IMG/VR virus record: IMGVR_UViG_3300037467_000326
Coordinates: 1 to 28,966 of that record
Strand: one strand, 5' to 3'
Source: a virus
Taxonomy: Duplodnaviria > Caudoviricetes
Length of the DNA: 28,966 bases
Below are positions 15,251 to 25,545 of the stretch, piece after piece. The position numbers were made by a program, and so were the translations under genes. Under the pieces are notes generated by a model. The model was not told the origin of the DNA. It was given only the letters and a program-made list of their open reading frames with translations, and did no database searches. Positions within the stretch are counted from its first letter, which is position 1, and each line of letters opens with the position of its first letter.

Positions 15251-15547
15251 ATGTCAGAACAGAGCATGAGAGGACCAGCCTGGAAGAAGACAGCAGAAGC
15301 AATCAAGAAGAGGGACAACTACACATGCGTCTATCAATGGGGCAACTGCTCCTACGACACAGACCTAACGGTTGACCACATCATTCCGCTGGCAGTGTGG
15401 AAGGTGGAGTTCCCAGACGATGACCCAAACCAGGACTGGAATCTAGCAACGGCATGCAGGAGTTGTAACGGCAGCAAGAAGGACAAGAGATTGACAAGAA
15501 GGAATTGGGTAGACCCTGAGGTATTCCCAGAAGGACTACTGAGATAA
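15251..15547 (+). CDS. Packaging-associated HNH endonuclease (HK97 gp74-like position)
   Basis: RDNYTC...TVDHIIP...NLATACRSCN; GGAGGT RBS; upstream of terS. Confidence 0.88.
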   Translation: MSEQSMRGPAWKKTAEAIKKRDNYTCVYQWGNCSYDTDLTVDHIIPLAVWKVEFPDDDPNQDWNLATACRSCNGSKKDKRLTRRNWVDPEVFPEGLLR

Positions 15548-15873
15548 GCAGGCAGGAATACCCAATAGGAAGAACCGTGACAGGGCAAATACCAGAACCG
15601 TCAATGAACTCTCCAATGAAACTTCCACGATGCGGAAATAGTCGGCGCATACCGAATGAATATCCAGGCATAGGGGATGGATATGCATGGGTAATGCATG
15701 GTCATTCACGCATTCAGGCTTGAATAGGAGCGTTTTTCTCAGGATGAGTTTGAACACCGTCAGTTGTACCCCAAATTGAATACCCAGGCCGGCAAAAATG
15801 TGGACCGTATTTGAAAAGAAATGGCGGTAAAATGGGAATATATCGAAGAAAACGGAGGTGCTTTTAGGCACAA
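15548..15873. other. Non-coding HNH-terS gap, probable cos/packaging region
   Basis: Canonical location; exact cut site not determinable from sequence. Confidence 0.5.
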
Positions 15874-16128
15874 ATGGCAACAGGACAGTACTTGAAGGCA
15901 GTTAGGAAGTTCCTACGTAACGCAGACTGGCTTACGGAGGAACATGAGCCAATGATTGTTCACCTGACTTCCCTTGCTCGCACTTTGGACAAGGAGTTTG
16001 AAGAAACCGGCAAGGTTCCGCAAGGAATCGGCGGGGTTTTTGGTGTGACATGGGGTCGCTTGCAGAAGCCAGTAGATAAGACGGCAAAGAAGGACGAAGA
16101 GACAGACCCCATCTTGAATTTCAGTTGA
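15874..16128 (+). CDS. terS: Terminase small subunit (B)
   Basis: Homolog of 259-516. Confidence 0.75.
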   Translation: MATGQYLKAVRKFLRNADWLTEEHEPMIVHLTSLARTLDKEFEETGKVPQGIGGVFGVTWGRLQKPVDKTAKKDEETDPILNFS

Positions 16129-17597
16129 GCAGACCTCTATGGATGCCAACGCGCTACACACCATCCCTCACAGGTACGGAGGAGTTTGTCACTGATGGAG
16201 ACAGACTCCTCCAGGTCATTGACAAGTACTGGATTGAGGAAGATGTAGACGGCAGATTCGTCCTTGACGACTGGCAGCGTTGGCTAATCAGACATGTCTT
16301 GGAGAGATACCCAGACGATTACCCAGACCCTCAGCTAGCAGGACGCTTGCGTTGGCGTCAGGTGGTTATCTCTATGGGTCGCCAGAACGGTAAGTCTGTT
16401 CTAGGGGCAATCTTTGGCGTCTACGGCTTGCTGTTCCACATGCACGCTCCAAGAGTTGTCGGCCTGGGCTACAGCCAGAAGACAGCCAAGATTGTCTATG
16501 ACCGTGTGTCGTACACCATCAACACTCAGCCGGTATTCAAGAAGGTTGTGCGGGTAACGAAGGTTACCGGCATGAAGCGCAAGGATGCTCCAGGCGAATA
16601 CATCATCAAGCCTGCTTCCGAGAAGGCTATCCAGGGATTCCCTATCACCCTTTGCGTCTTCGATGAAATGCACATCACCCCAGAAGCTCTCTGGAATGCA
16701 GCCAAGCAGGGCATGAAGACCAAGGAAGACGGAATCATCATTGGCCTAACAACCGCTGGTGATACCAACAGCGTCTTGCTTAACAAGCTCTACAAGGAGC
16801 TTGAGGGAATCATCTCTGCAACCGCCGCTGCCGACACAGACGAGACCAGCCGCCTGGGCGGGTTCATCTGGGAAGCCCCCGAGGGTGCCTCACTGACCAC
16901 AGAAGGGGCTGTAGAGGCTGCTAACCCGGCTGTCGCATGTGGACGTGTCCCTGTGGCTGTCGTGCGCTCAGATGCCGCCTCAGACCCTTGGGTAGAGCAA
17001 CAGCGCTATGTCCTCAACAGGTTCGTAGATGTCTTCAATTCGTGGATTGAGATGCCGCTATGGAATGCCTGTGTCGGCAAGGGACCGGTTCTGAGTGAAG
17101 GTGGACCATACGTCTTTGCAATTGATGCAGCAGACGTTATGAACACGGCGACTATCACCATGACAACCAAGAAGGGTGACGTTGTTAAGTCACGAATGGT
17201 GGCAAGTCTGGTCAAGCCAACAACTGACCAGCTATTCAAGTACTGCAAGTACCTACGCAAGAAGTACGGACGCTCAGCCTTTGTCGTGTATAAGCGTTCT
17301 CTCAATGAGCTAGGGGAGAAGCTGAAAGAGCAGGGCTTTGAGGTTTACAACCTGAGTGACAGTGAGTTCTCAGAGGCTTGCAAGACCACCTACCGCCTAA
17401 TCACCCGTAAGCAGCTTGAGGTACGCAATGAGGAAGTTCTGAAGATGCAGGTACCACGGGCTATCCGGAAGAACTACTACTCAGGGTGGAAGTTGGACAA
17501 AACACATACCAGCGTGGAACTGGATGCACTGTATGCGACCGTCATTGGTGCATACATTGCCGAAACTAAGAAGATTGGACAGGCAGCAATCTGGTAA
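16125..17597 (+). CDS. terL: Terminase large subunit (B)
   Basis: GRQNGKS, CVFDEMH, LTTAG, VFAID. Confidence 0.95.
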   Translation: MSRPLWMPTRYTPSLTGTEEFVTDGDRLLQVIDKYWIEEDVDGRFVLDDWQRWLIRHVLERYPDDYPDPQLAGRLRWRQVVISMGRQNGKSVLGAIFGVYGLLFHMHAPRVVGLGYSQKTAKIVYDRVSYTINTQPVFKKVVRVTKVTGMKRKDAPGEYIIKPASEKAIQGFPITLCVFDEMHITPEALWNAAKQGMKTKEDGIIIGLTTAGDTNSVLLNKLYKELEGIISATAAADTDETSRLGGFIWEAPEGASLTTEGAVEAANPAVACGRVPVAVVRSDAASDPWVEQQRYVLNRFVDVFNSWIEMPLWNACVGKGPVLSEGGPYVFAIDAADVMNTATITMTTKKGDVVKSRMVASLVKPTTDQLFKYCKYLRKKYGRSAFVVYKRSLNELGEKLKEQGFEVYNLSDSEFSEACKTTYRLITRKQLEVRNEEVLKMQVPRAIRKNYYSGWKLDKTHTSVELDALYATVIGAYIAETKKIGQAAIW

Positions 17598-17646
17598 AAG
17601 GCAGCGGTTATGCTTTTGAAAGAAATGTGCCGTAAAATGTAATTAA

Positions 17647-18774
17647 ATGAGCAAGTTCATGGATTGGCTGACAGGAGAAAGCTATAGGACATCAATCGTT
17701 GATGACATTATTGCTAAGGCACCAACACAGCCACTAGAGAAGAGGGATGCACCAAGCATTCCGCCGCCTGGGTACGTAGCACGTACACCAGGAGCACCGG
17801 TCACCATCGAAACGGCTTTGAGTCTCTCAGTCGTTTACAGGTCTGTGTCCGTTCTAGCAACCATCATCAGCCAGCTTGAGCTAACAGTCTCCACAAGCAG
17901 TGGAAAGCCACTGGCTAAGTTGCCGGACATCATTGCAAGGCCTGACTATCAGATTCCTCTATCAGAGTTTCTGAAGAAGACCGTTACCAGCCTTGCCACG
18001 TATGGCAATGCGTACTGGCGTCTATGGCGCACAGACTCACAAGCAATGCCATCAAGGGTCGAGGTGCTTAACCCCAACAGCGTCAGCATTGAGTACGACG
18101 CTGACGACAACAAGGTGTTTGTCTACAAGGGTCGCAACGGTAAGACGGTTCGCTTGCAGCCATGGCAGGTCACCCACCTAAAGCTGATGGTCAACTTTGA
18201 GACCAATGTTGATTACGGCTCAGGACCAATCCAGCGATGCCCAGAAGAGATTCAGCATGCTCTAGACCTTAGGGACTATGCACGCAGGGTATTCAGTGAG
18301 TACCCAAGCGGAATTGTCAGCGTAGAAGGCTACCTAGACGAAGATGAGCGTGCCGCATACAAGGCAGCTTGGTACGCAGAACAGGTAAATGGCGAGCGCA
18401 TCAGGTTCATGGGAAACAAGGCCAGCTACCAGCAGCTGGAGCAGAACCCTGAGACAACTCAGTACGTATCTGCACAGCGTCTTGCTGATGCAAAGGTAGC
18501 GCGGGCTTTTGGAATGCCACCAAACATGGTCTTGGTTGAAGACGTTTCTAACAAGACGTACCAGAACCTTCAGGACGTTGACAGGGCATTCATCCGCAAC
18601 ACGGTTGAGGAATACCTGACTGTCATTGAGTCAGGGCTCTCTGACCTCTTGTTCCCAAAGTCAGTCAAGTTCAACACGGACGCATGGCTACGTGCTTTGA
18701 CCGTTGACACACCAGCAACACAAATCAACGAAGGAGGGCAGCCAGGAGAAACACCAGGCAGCACTGAACAGTAA
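17647..18774 (+). CDS. Portal protein (B)
   Basis: Homolog of 2080-3204. Confidence 0.93.
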   Translation: MSKFMDWLTGESYRTSIVDDIIAKAPTQPLEKRDAPSIPPPGYVARTPGAPVTIETALSLSVVYRSVSVLATIISQLELTVSTSSGKPLAKLPDIIARPDYQIPLSEFLKKTVTSLATYGNAYWRLWRTDSQAMPSRVEVLNPNSVSIEYDADDNKVFVYKGRNGKTVRLQPWQVTHLKLMVNFETNVDYGSGPIQRCPEEIQHALDLRDYARRVFSEYPSGIVSVEGYLDEDERAAYKAAWYAEQVNGERIRFMGNKASYQQLEQNPETTQYVSAQRLADAKVARAFGMPPNMVLVEDVSNKTYQNLQDVDRAFIRNTVEEYLTVIESGLSDLLFPKSVKFNTDAWLRALTVDTPATQINEGGQPGETPGSTEQ

Positions 18775-20297
18775 TGGAAGTTAGAGAGTTCGAAGTAAGG
18801 AAGGTCAACGAAGAGACCCGCACCATTACCGGTCTTGCTGTCAGCTACAACCGCGATATCAACATCGGCGGAATGGTTGAGCAGTACCGACAGGGTGTAT
18901 TTGGCACTCCCGAGAACGTCAAGTTGTTCTACGGGCACGACCACCTAAACGGTGGAATGCCAATCGGAAAGGTTTCAACCTTCCGTGAAACAGATGAGGG
19001 ACTAGAGATTGATGCCGTCTTCTCTAAGACCCCAAAGGCAGATGAGGTCTACACCCTTGCAAAGGATGGAGTCCTTGACCGTTTCTCAGTCGGATATGAG
19101 CCGGTAGAGAACGAATTCGACGGCGACACAATCATCAGGACAAAGGCCAATCTAAAGGAGATTTCTATTGTCCCGATGCCTGCCGATGAGCAGGCAAAAG
19201 TCACGCAGGTTCGTGACAACCAAATTACAAAGGAGGTAGACAACATGTCTACAGAAATTGAAACAACCTCCGAGGATGTCACGGAGCTTCGTGCCGAGGT
19301 GACCAATCTTAAGAGGGAAATCGCTACCCTTGGACAGGGTGGCGGAAAGAATGACGCTGGTCCTCAGTACCGCTCAGCTATTGAGGCTTACCAGGCATTC
19401 CTAAAGGGTGACGACTCTGCCGTTAAGGAGATTCGTGCCTACGTTGGCGGTACTTCCGCTGACTTCGTATCAGGTGAGGACTGGAAGGGTCTCCTAGGCG
19501 GAATCGTCAAGAAGAACCGTCCACTAGCTGAGGCATTCTCAAGTGGTCCTCTTGCTGATGGAGCAGAGAGCGTTACTTACGAGAAGATTGCTTCCGTAAC
19601 TGGTGACGTTGCTGTTCAGGCTGCTGAGGGTGACGTTGTTGCAGCCCTACAGGTCACAACCACAAAGGAAACCGCAACTGTTGAGACACTTGCTGCTTAC
19701 AGCAACCTCACATTCCAAGCCTTCCAGCGTGTATTGACCTCTTCTGGTCAGCTAACGCTTGACCGCCTTGCAGCTTCTTACGCAAAGGTCAGCAACGGCA
19801 AGGTCCGTACTGCAATGACTAGCGCAACTCCACAGGCTGGATTGACTTCCTACGCTCTTGCTTCCGCAACCGCTGACAAGTTCATTGCAACTGTTGTTGA
19901 CGCAATCACCAAGATTGACCTAAACGGCGAGGGTGCTCAGGCAGACTTCATCGTCGTATCTGGTGACGTATGGCAGAAGATGGCAAGCCTTGTTGACTCT
20001 GCTAGCCGTCCAGTATTCGACGTAAACGGCGATGGTTCTAACACCATCGGTTCCTTCAACGCACGTCGCATTGTTGGACAAATCGTAGGTTTGCCAATCA
20101 TCTATGACTCCGGTCTTGCTGCATTGAGCTTCTACGTTGCAAGCCGTGACGCTGTTACAAGCTGGGAGTCTCCAGGTGCACCAGTACGTATGGAAGACGT
20201 AAACATTCAGCAGTTGTTCCGTACGTTCGCTCTCTACGGATACTTCGTAGCAGCCGCAACTAACGAAAACGGTCTCGTCAAGCAGACCCTTTCCTGA
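18774..20297 (+). CDS. Protease-major capsid fusion (B)
   Basis: LFYGH, FSVGY, LKEISIVPMPA; capsid part nearly identical to A. Confidence 0.92.
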   Translation: MEVREFEVRKVNEETRTITGLAVSYNRDINIGGMVEQYRQGVFGTPENVKLFYGHDHLNGGMPIGKVSTFRETDEGLEIDAVFSKTPKADEVYTLAKDGVLDRFSVGYEPVENEFDGDTIIRTKANLKEISIVPMPADEQAKVTQVRDNQITKEVDNMSTEIETTSEDVTELRAEVTNLKREIATLGQGGGKNDAGPQYRSAIEAYQAFLKGDDSAVKEIRAYVGGTSADFVSGEDWKGLLGGIVKKNRPLAEAFSSGPLADGAESVTYEKIASVTGDVAVQAAEGDVVAALQVTTTKETATVETLAAYSNLTFQAFQRVLTSSGQLTLDRLAASYAKVSNGKVRTAMTSATPQAGLTSYALASATADKFIATVVDAITKIDLNGEGAQADFIVVSGDVWQKMASLVDSASRPVFDVNGDGSNTIGSFNARRIVGQIVGLPIIYDSGLAALSFYVASRDAVTSWESPGAPVRMEDVNIQQLFRTFALYGYFVAAATNENGLVKQTLS

Positions 20298-20308
20298 GGT
20301 GATTTGAG

Positions 20309-20617
20309 ATGACGTGGGAAGACCTAAAGGCATACCTAGAAAAGACCGGCACCAGTGAAGACACTCGCATTGAGGCTTGCTGGGACAACGCTGGTGAGTT
20401 GCTGACGCTGGCAACAGCTAAGGCTTTCCGCGTCATTCCTCAAAGCGTGCTTGATGACATGCAGTTGAAGGTTGGCAAGGGGTTGTACGACAGCAGGAAC
20501 ACAACCGCTAGCAACAGCCAATACACAGCCTATGAGGGTGTCGCAAGTGCGCGGGCTGCAAGAGACCCATTGGCTGAGGTGGCACCAATCCTTGCTATGT
20601 ACGTGGTGAGGTACTGA
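20309..20617 (+). CDS. Head-tail connector (B)
   Basis: Homolog of 4763-5077. Confidence 0.8.
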   Translation: MTWEDLKAYLEKTGTSEDTRIEACWDNAGELLTLATAKAFRVIPQSVLDDMQLKVGKGLYDSRNTTASNSQYTAYEGVASARAARDPLAEVAPILAMYVVRY

Positions 20618-21012
20618 TGTCAGCACAGTCAGATGCACGGGCGGAAATCACCAGCATTCTCAATGCCATCACGTACAACGGTGACCCTCTGCAAGTCAGA
20701 GACAACCCAAGCAACGTGAATCCATGGTGTGTGGTCATCGGCACTGCTGACCCAGTACTGACGAATTCGAACACATCAGGCAGCCGGGGAGATTACCAAT
20801 ACAACCTGCAATTGCAGTTTGTGGGGAATGGTCCCGACTCTCTAGAGCCTCTTGAAGGCATCGTAGAGAACGCAATTCTTGCACTGGCAGACAGTGATTA
20901 CTGGTTCCCAGGTGACGCAAGTGCCCCTTATTGGGGTGATGGTGGCGACGGAAAGGTTTACCTGACTATCACGCTGCCAGCAACAAAACTAATTGAAATT
21001 GGAGGGCTATAA
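20617..21012 (+). CDS. Tail terminator, probable (B)
   Basis: Homolog of 5077-5478. Confidence 0.6.
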   Translation: MSAQSDARAEITSILNAITYNGDPLQVRDNPSNVNPWCVVIGTADPVLTNSNTSGSRGDYQYNLQLQFVGNGPDSLEPLEGIVENAILALADSDYWFPGDASAPYWGDGGDGKVYLTITLPATKLIEIGGL

Positions 21013-21408
21013 ATGCCTAGTAAGAGACTACGAAGTAAGAACGTCTACTTCATGTTGAACGCCGTTGACTACTCAGACGAGATTGTTGACATTGAATTGA
21101 ATGTAGCTCCTGATGAGCCAGTAACACTTGGTGGCCCAGAGGGAAAGTACAGCCTCCAGGGAACGGCTATTGCATCTGTGAAGTCAGCAAGCTTCCAGAG
21201 GTATCTACGCACCAACGCTAATGACACTGGTGTTGCATTCGTCCTTGGATTCGATGGTGCTACGCCATCTGCTGACAATCCTCACTACACAGGAACAGTC
21301 ACACTGCCTCTTGAGCCAAGCCTCAAGGCTGGTCCATACGGCGAGACATCAACGTTCACGTTCAATATCGAGTGCGACGACAAGCCAACAGAAGACATTG
21401 CTCCATAA
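21013..21408 (+). CDS. Major tail protein (B)
   Basis: Homolog of 5478-5873. Confidence 0.8.
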   Translation: MPSKRLRSKNVYFMLNAVDYSDEIVDIELNVAPDEPVTLGGPEGKYSLQGTAIASVKSASFQRYLRTNANDTGVAFVLGFDGATPSADNPHYTGTVTLPLEPSLKAGPYGETSTFTFNIECDDKPTEDIAP

Positions 21409-21420
21409 GGCGGTTGAGTC

Positions 21421-21771
21421 ATGAGCACCGATATTGAGGTAAATGGTGTTGAGGCGAATGCTCAAAGCCTCCAAGACTTTGCGGATGCAGTCGGCAAGCA
21501 GGAACAGACGTTCCTCAAGATTGGCGGCATCTTGGTTGAAGAGGCTAAGAGCATCGTTCCAGTAAGAACGCACAAGCTACAGGGAAGCATCGTTGCCAAG
21601 GCAACTGACAACAGTGTGACGATTACCGCTGGAAACCCAGCAGTCGAGTATGCAGGTGTCATTCACAGACGCAGGGCTTACTTGACAATCGCGCAGTACA
21701 ACAAGGAAGACGAAGTAGCTCAGGTTATGGCTAAGGCGATTGATGGCCTAATCAAGCAGCACTTCGAATAA
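21421..21771 (+). CDS. HK97 gp10-like protein (B)
   Basis: Nearly identical to 5884-6234. Confidence 0.75.
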   Translation: MSTDIEVNGVEANAQSLQDFADAVGKQEQTFLKIGGILVEEAKSIVPVRTHKLQGSIVAKATDNSVTITAGNPAVEYAGVIHRRRAYLTIAQYNKEDEVAQVMAKAIDGLIKQHFE

Positions 21772-21789
21772 ATCAAACTAGGAGAGAAT

Positions 21790-22170
21790 ATGTCACAGCA
21801 AGGAATTTTGAAGCTCTACGGCTCACTCAAGATGAAGGAGCGTATTGCTATCCAGAGACGCATGGAAGTGTCTCTAGGTGAAGCACTGAGCAACGCTGAA
21901 TACAACGAATGGCTCATGTGCGAACTAATCTACGTCGCTGCAAGACGACTCAACCGCGATGACATCACGCACGGCTCAATTGAGGAGCTAACCGGCGATG
22001 AGATGGTTGAGCTAATGGATGAGATGACGCAGGAGCTTGGGTACGAAGACATTGACGAAGAGGATGAGGAAGTCCCTTTGGACCAAAAGAGCGACTCATC
22101 AGAGACGCCATCCGATACGGCGAACTCTATGACAAGTACTACGCCTGCTTCAGCACAGGATGGAGCATGA
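21790..22170 (+). CDS. Tail assembly chaperone (B)
   Basis: Divergent homolog sharing AARRLNRDDIT. Confidence 0.75.
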   Translation: MSQQGILKLYGSLKMKERIAIQRRMEVSLGEALSNAEYNEWLMCELIYVAARRLNRDDITHGSIEELTGDEMVELMDEMTQELGYEDIDEEDEEVPLDQKSDSSETPSDTANSMTSTTPASAQDGA

Positions 22171-22268
22171 CGCCAGAGCATTACGACACGCTGACTCTTG
22201 ATGAGTTGCAAGTCGTAATCCAGGCGCATAACGAATTTGTAGAGGATATGAACGAAGGTGGCGAATAG
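22074..22268 (+). CDS. -1 frameshift extension (B)
   Basis: C CCT TTG at 22074-22080; -1 frame ...GELYDKYYACFSTGWSMTPEHYDTLTLDE... to TAG 22266-22268. Confidence 0.85.
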   Translation, partial: PFGPKERLIRDAIRYGELYDKYYACFSTGWSMTPEHYDTLTLDELQVVIQAHNEFVEDMNEGGE

Positions 22269-23970
22269 ACCAATCGAGCTTAAGGCAACCCTTGATGCAT
22301 CAGACGTAGACAAGAACGTCAAGAAGATGGCAGCCGGGTTGCAGGACATCCCAGATGCAGCCGGTAAGGCATCTGGGGAAATGCGCAATCTCTCAGAGTC
22401 AACAGACGTAACGGCAACAAAGACAGGCATCATGGCATCCGCTCTGGGTGCCTTTGCCGGGGGTCTAGAGGCTGTTGGACTGGACAAGTACGGAGCAGCC
22501 CTCCAGGCGTCCGCAGTCGGCGTAGACGTGTTCTCTAACGCTTCTGACGTAGCCACGCTGGCTCTTGAGTCCAAGTACGTAAAGCTGGTTAGGGATAAGG
22601 CAGCAACCGTTGCCTCTACCGCTGCTGCTATTGCTGCTGGTGCTGCCTCTAAGGTCATGGCTGCTGGTCAGTGGCTATTGAATGCTGCGTTGACTGCTAA
22701 CCCAATCGGCTTGGTTGTTGTTGGTATCGCTGCCTTGGCTGCTGGTCTCGTCCTGGCCTACAAGAAGTCTGAGACGTTCCGAAACATCGTCAATGGTGCA
22801 TTCGGAGCTATCAAGGACGTTGCCTGGCCTGTCATCAAGTTTCTTGGTGAGGGTGTCGTCAAGGCACTCGGCAAGATTGTTGACTTCGTAGTTGGTCCAT
22901 TCAAGGCAATTGCTGAGAAGTTCGGGCTATTCAAGGACAAGGCCGATGAGGTTAAGCAGGCCATGGTTGATACCGGTCCTCCTGCTGAGACATTCGCAGA
23001 AGCTCAGGACAGACTGGCTCAGCAGACTGATGCAGCACAGCAGGCCATTGATGACCAGAAGAAGGCTCTTGACGACTATGTGCAGTCTCTAACTGAGACT
23101 CAGAATGTCGTACTAGACCTGGCAGACAAGCAAATCAGCGTTGCTGAGGCTACAGACCAGGCCACGAAGGCTGCCAAGGACAATGGCAAGACTCACGACA
23201 TCAACACCGAAAAGGGACGGGCTAACCAGAAGGCCTTGCTTGCTCTTGCTAAGGCCACCAATGACAACACAACTGCCATGGTGCAGAACGGTCAGGCTGA
23301 GTTGACGACTGCTGCTAAGGCAGAAGCGTCACGAAAGAACTTCGTCAAGCTGGCTACGCAGATGGGCTATTCCAAGGCTGAGGCTGAGGCTCTTGCTCGC
23401 AAGATGATTGCTATTCCTAGCGTGTCTCGTGAGGCAAAGCTGAAGGGAAACATTGCAGACCTTGACGGCAAGATTGCTACGGCTAAGAAGCGTCTGGCTG
23501 ACAAGAACTTGACTGACCCTCAGAAGACCAAGATTCGTGCAGACATTGCAGACTTGCTAGCCAAGAAGGCAGCGGCTGTGAAGGAGCTAAACGCTCTGCC
23601 TAAGCAGAAGACGATTGTTGTCCAGTGGAAGAACACAAGCAGTGGCTCTATTCCAATCAACACCATTGGAAGCCTTGGACGTAGGGCTTCTGGTGGATGG
23701 GTAGACCCAGAGAAGACCTATCTCGTTGGTGAGAATGGTCCTGAGTTGTTCACCTCTGAATCCGGCGGCAACATCATTCCTAACCACAAGCTTGGATTCG
23801 CCAGTGCACGTGGTACGGCTACTGCTGTAAGTGCGCCTGTAGTCAACGTCAATATCGGTACTGCAATTGGCGGCACCAAGGCTGAGCTTCAGCGTATGTG
23901 GCGAGAGATTATCGAGTCTGACCTAAGGACGAACGGCAATGCTTGGCTGAAGGGAGCGTTGGCGCGATGA
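22258..23970 (+). CDS. Tape measure protein (B)
   Basis: 570-aa homolog of 6760-8472. Confidence 0.92.
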   Translation: MANRPIELKATLDASDVDKNVKKMAAGLQDIPDAAGKASGEMRNLSESTDVTATKTGIMASALGAFAGGLEAVGLDKYGAALQASAVGVDVFSNASDVATLALESKYVKLVRDKAATVASTAAAIAAGAASKVMAAGQWLLNAALTANPIGLVVVGIAALAAGLVLAYKKSETFRNIVNGAFGAIKDVAWPVIKFLGEGVVKALGKIVDFVVGPFKAIAEKFGLFKDKADEVKQAMVDTGPPAETFAEAQDRLAQQTDAAQQAIDDQKKALDDYVQSLTETQNVVLDLADKQISVAEATDQATKAAKDNGKTHDINTEKGRANQKALLALAKATNDNTTAMVQNGQAELTTAAKAEASRKNFVKLATQMGYSKAEAEALARKMIAIPSVSREAKLKGNIADLDGKIATAKKRLADKNLTDPQKTKIRADIADLLAKKAAAVKELNALPKQKTIVVQWKNTSSGSIPINTIGSLGRRASGGWVDPEKTYLVGENGPELFTSESGGNIIPNHKLGFASARGTATAVSAPVVNVNIGTAIGGTKAELQRMWREIIESDLRTNGNAWLKGALAR

Positions 23971-25532
23971 GCAAGATTAGAAACTATGACATCGACTTGC
24001 TGACGTTCTGGATTGCTGAGCCGGGGTTTGTTCTTGGTGAGGGCATCCTTGGAGTGAACAAGCTTGGTGGAGATGAAGCACCAGTCCAGATTGATATGGG
24101 CCAGTTCTACAGCATGATGATTGATTCGCCAGACACAGTTGATGGTGTATTCGTGCATCGAGAGGTACGCAGGCTAACCCTGAATGCAAAGGTCACGGCA
24201 CCAGTCAACTATGACGGCAAGCGCATCATCGTCAAGTACGACGCTGTGGAATTGTTCTACGGAACCGTACGTGAGTACGACATTCAGGAATCATGGACTG
24301 AGGCTGTCGACACTCCAGAGGGAATTCCCTACCGCGAGTACACAGTCACGATTACTGCCATGTCTGGTGAGGAGCGTTTTGCAAACACTCCTACGCCAGA
24401 CAAGAACTTCAATGGGCAGACGATGACTGACAGGGTTACGAGTTATCTCGGCACCAGCACCTACATGCAGATTCCAGACTCTGCTAGAGACATCAACTAT
24501 GGCCTTGCAGCGAATGCGCAAACTGCCAGTGTTGGGCATCTGGTGTATGCGTCAGATGACATGCCAAGCCTGCTTGAGTCCATTAGGAGCGAAATGCGCC
24601 TGATGAACTACCACTACATCTACGAGCCATGGAACTCCAACGTCATCTTGAGAACTAACTCACGATGGCTGGGACCAGACGGTGCAGACGAATCATCCGC
24701 TCTGACCTTTACCGACAACCCGGCTGACATTGTTGTCACTGGTGGAGACACCTTTGTTCATGACGGCAATGTCGTTGGTTATACCCAGCGCTCTCTTGGT
24801 AAGAACAGCAGTTACTTCATCAAGGGTGTGACTATCACCATGACCAACAGCAGTGATGTGACAACAACGTACGGACCATACAGGGCATCATCAGCATTCC
24901 CTCAGGACGTAGATATCAACATTGGTCGCCAGTCTTCTGCTGGTGAAGCTCTGGCTAAGAAGATTGCATCCACATTGCCTCTAAGGTCCAGAGACGAACA
25001 GTTCACCTACAGAATCCGCACCAAGCTTCAGTCACGTAAGCAGATGGGTCTTGATGGTGAAGGTCCAGGTATGGCAGTTCTGAAGTCTCAGGGAACGACA
25101 CAACGCATTGCCATCCTTGGTGTTACTCATACGGTCACTAGAGATGAGTGGACTGTTGAGTACGCATGTGGACCAGAGCATCTGATTTCACGCGAGTCAG
25201 ACAAGCAGCCGTTCATTGTTACGGACTTCTCTGTGACTGAGAACGTGCCTGGAGTCCAGTGGAAGTTCGAATGGACAACTCCAGACCTGAATTCCAACGT
25301 TCCGCTGTACGCAATCATTTACAGCAGTGGACCTGATGGGGTTGGACCTGGAGAGATTTACCGTGGGGCTGCAAAGGCACCAGGTGTAGTGGAAGACATC
25401 TTCATCAGTGGTTTCGCGTCAGGCTTCTACACGTTCTATGTGTACTACACCAATAACCCGACTGCTGGTGACTACTCGACTAGCTACATCTACAGTCCGG
25501 GCTCAGCATCGCAGACGCTACTAATTTTCTAA
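23967..25532 (+). CDS. Tail tip protein (B)
   Basis: Homolog of 8469-10034. Confidence 0.75.
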   Translation: MSKIRNYDIDLLTFWIAEPGFVLGEGILGVNKLGGDEAPVQIDMGQFYSMMIDSPDTVDGVFVHREVRRLTLNAKVTAPVNYDGKRIIVKYDAVELFYGTVREYDIQESWTEAVDTPEGIPYREYTVTITAMSGEERFANTPTPDKNFNGQTMTDRVTSYLGTSTYMQIPDSARDINYGLAANAQTASVGHLVYASDDMPSLLESIRSEMRLMNYHYIYEPWNSNVILRTNSRWLGPDGADESSALTFTDNPADIVVTGGDTFVHDGNVVGYTQRSLGKNSSYFIKGVTITMTNSSDVTTTYGPYRASSAFPQDVDINIGRQSSAGEALAKKIASTLPLRSRDEQFTYRIRTKLQSRKQMGLDGEGPGMAVLKSQGTTQRIAILGVTHTVTRDEWTVEYACGPEHLISRESDKQPFIVTDFSVTENVPGVQWKFEWTTPDLNSNVPLYAIIYSSGPDGVGPGEIYRGAAKAPGVVEDIFISGFASGFYTFYVYYTNNPTAGDYSTSYIYSPGSASQTLLIF

Positions 25533-25545
25533 CAAAGGAGGAACT

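Larger units (their letters stand above)
1..15615 (+). mobile_element. Unit A: minimal tailed-phage-like integrative element (excised/attP form), targets miaB
   Basis: Packaging, head, tail, integrase, Rep and HNH genes; position 1 recurs at 15616 (period 15,615 bp). Confidence 0.9.
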
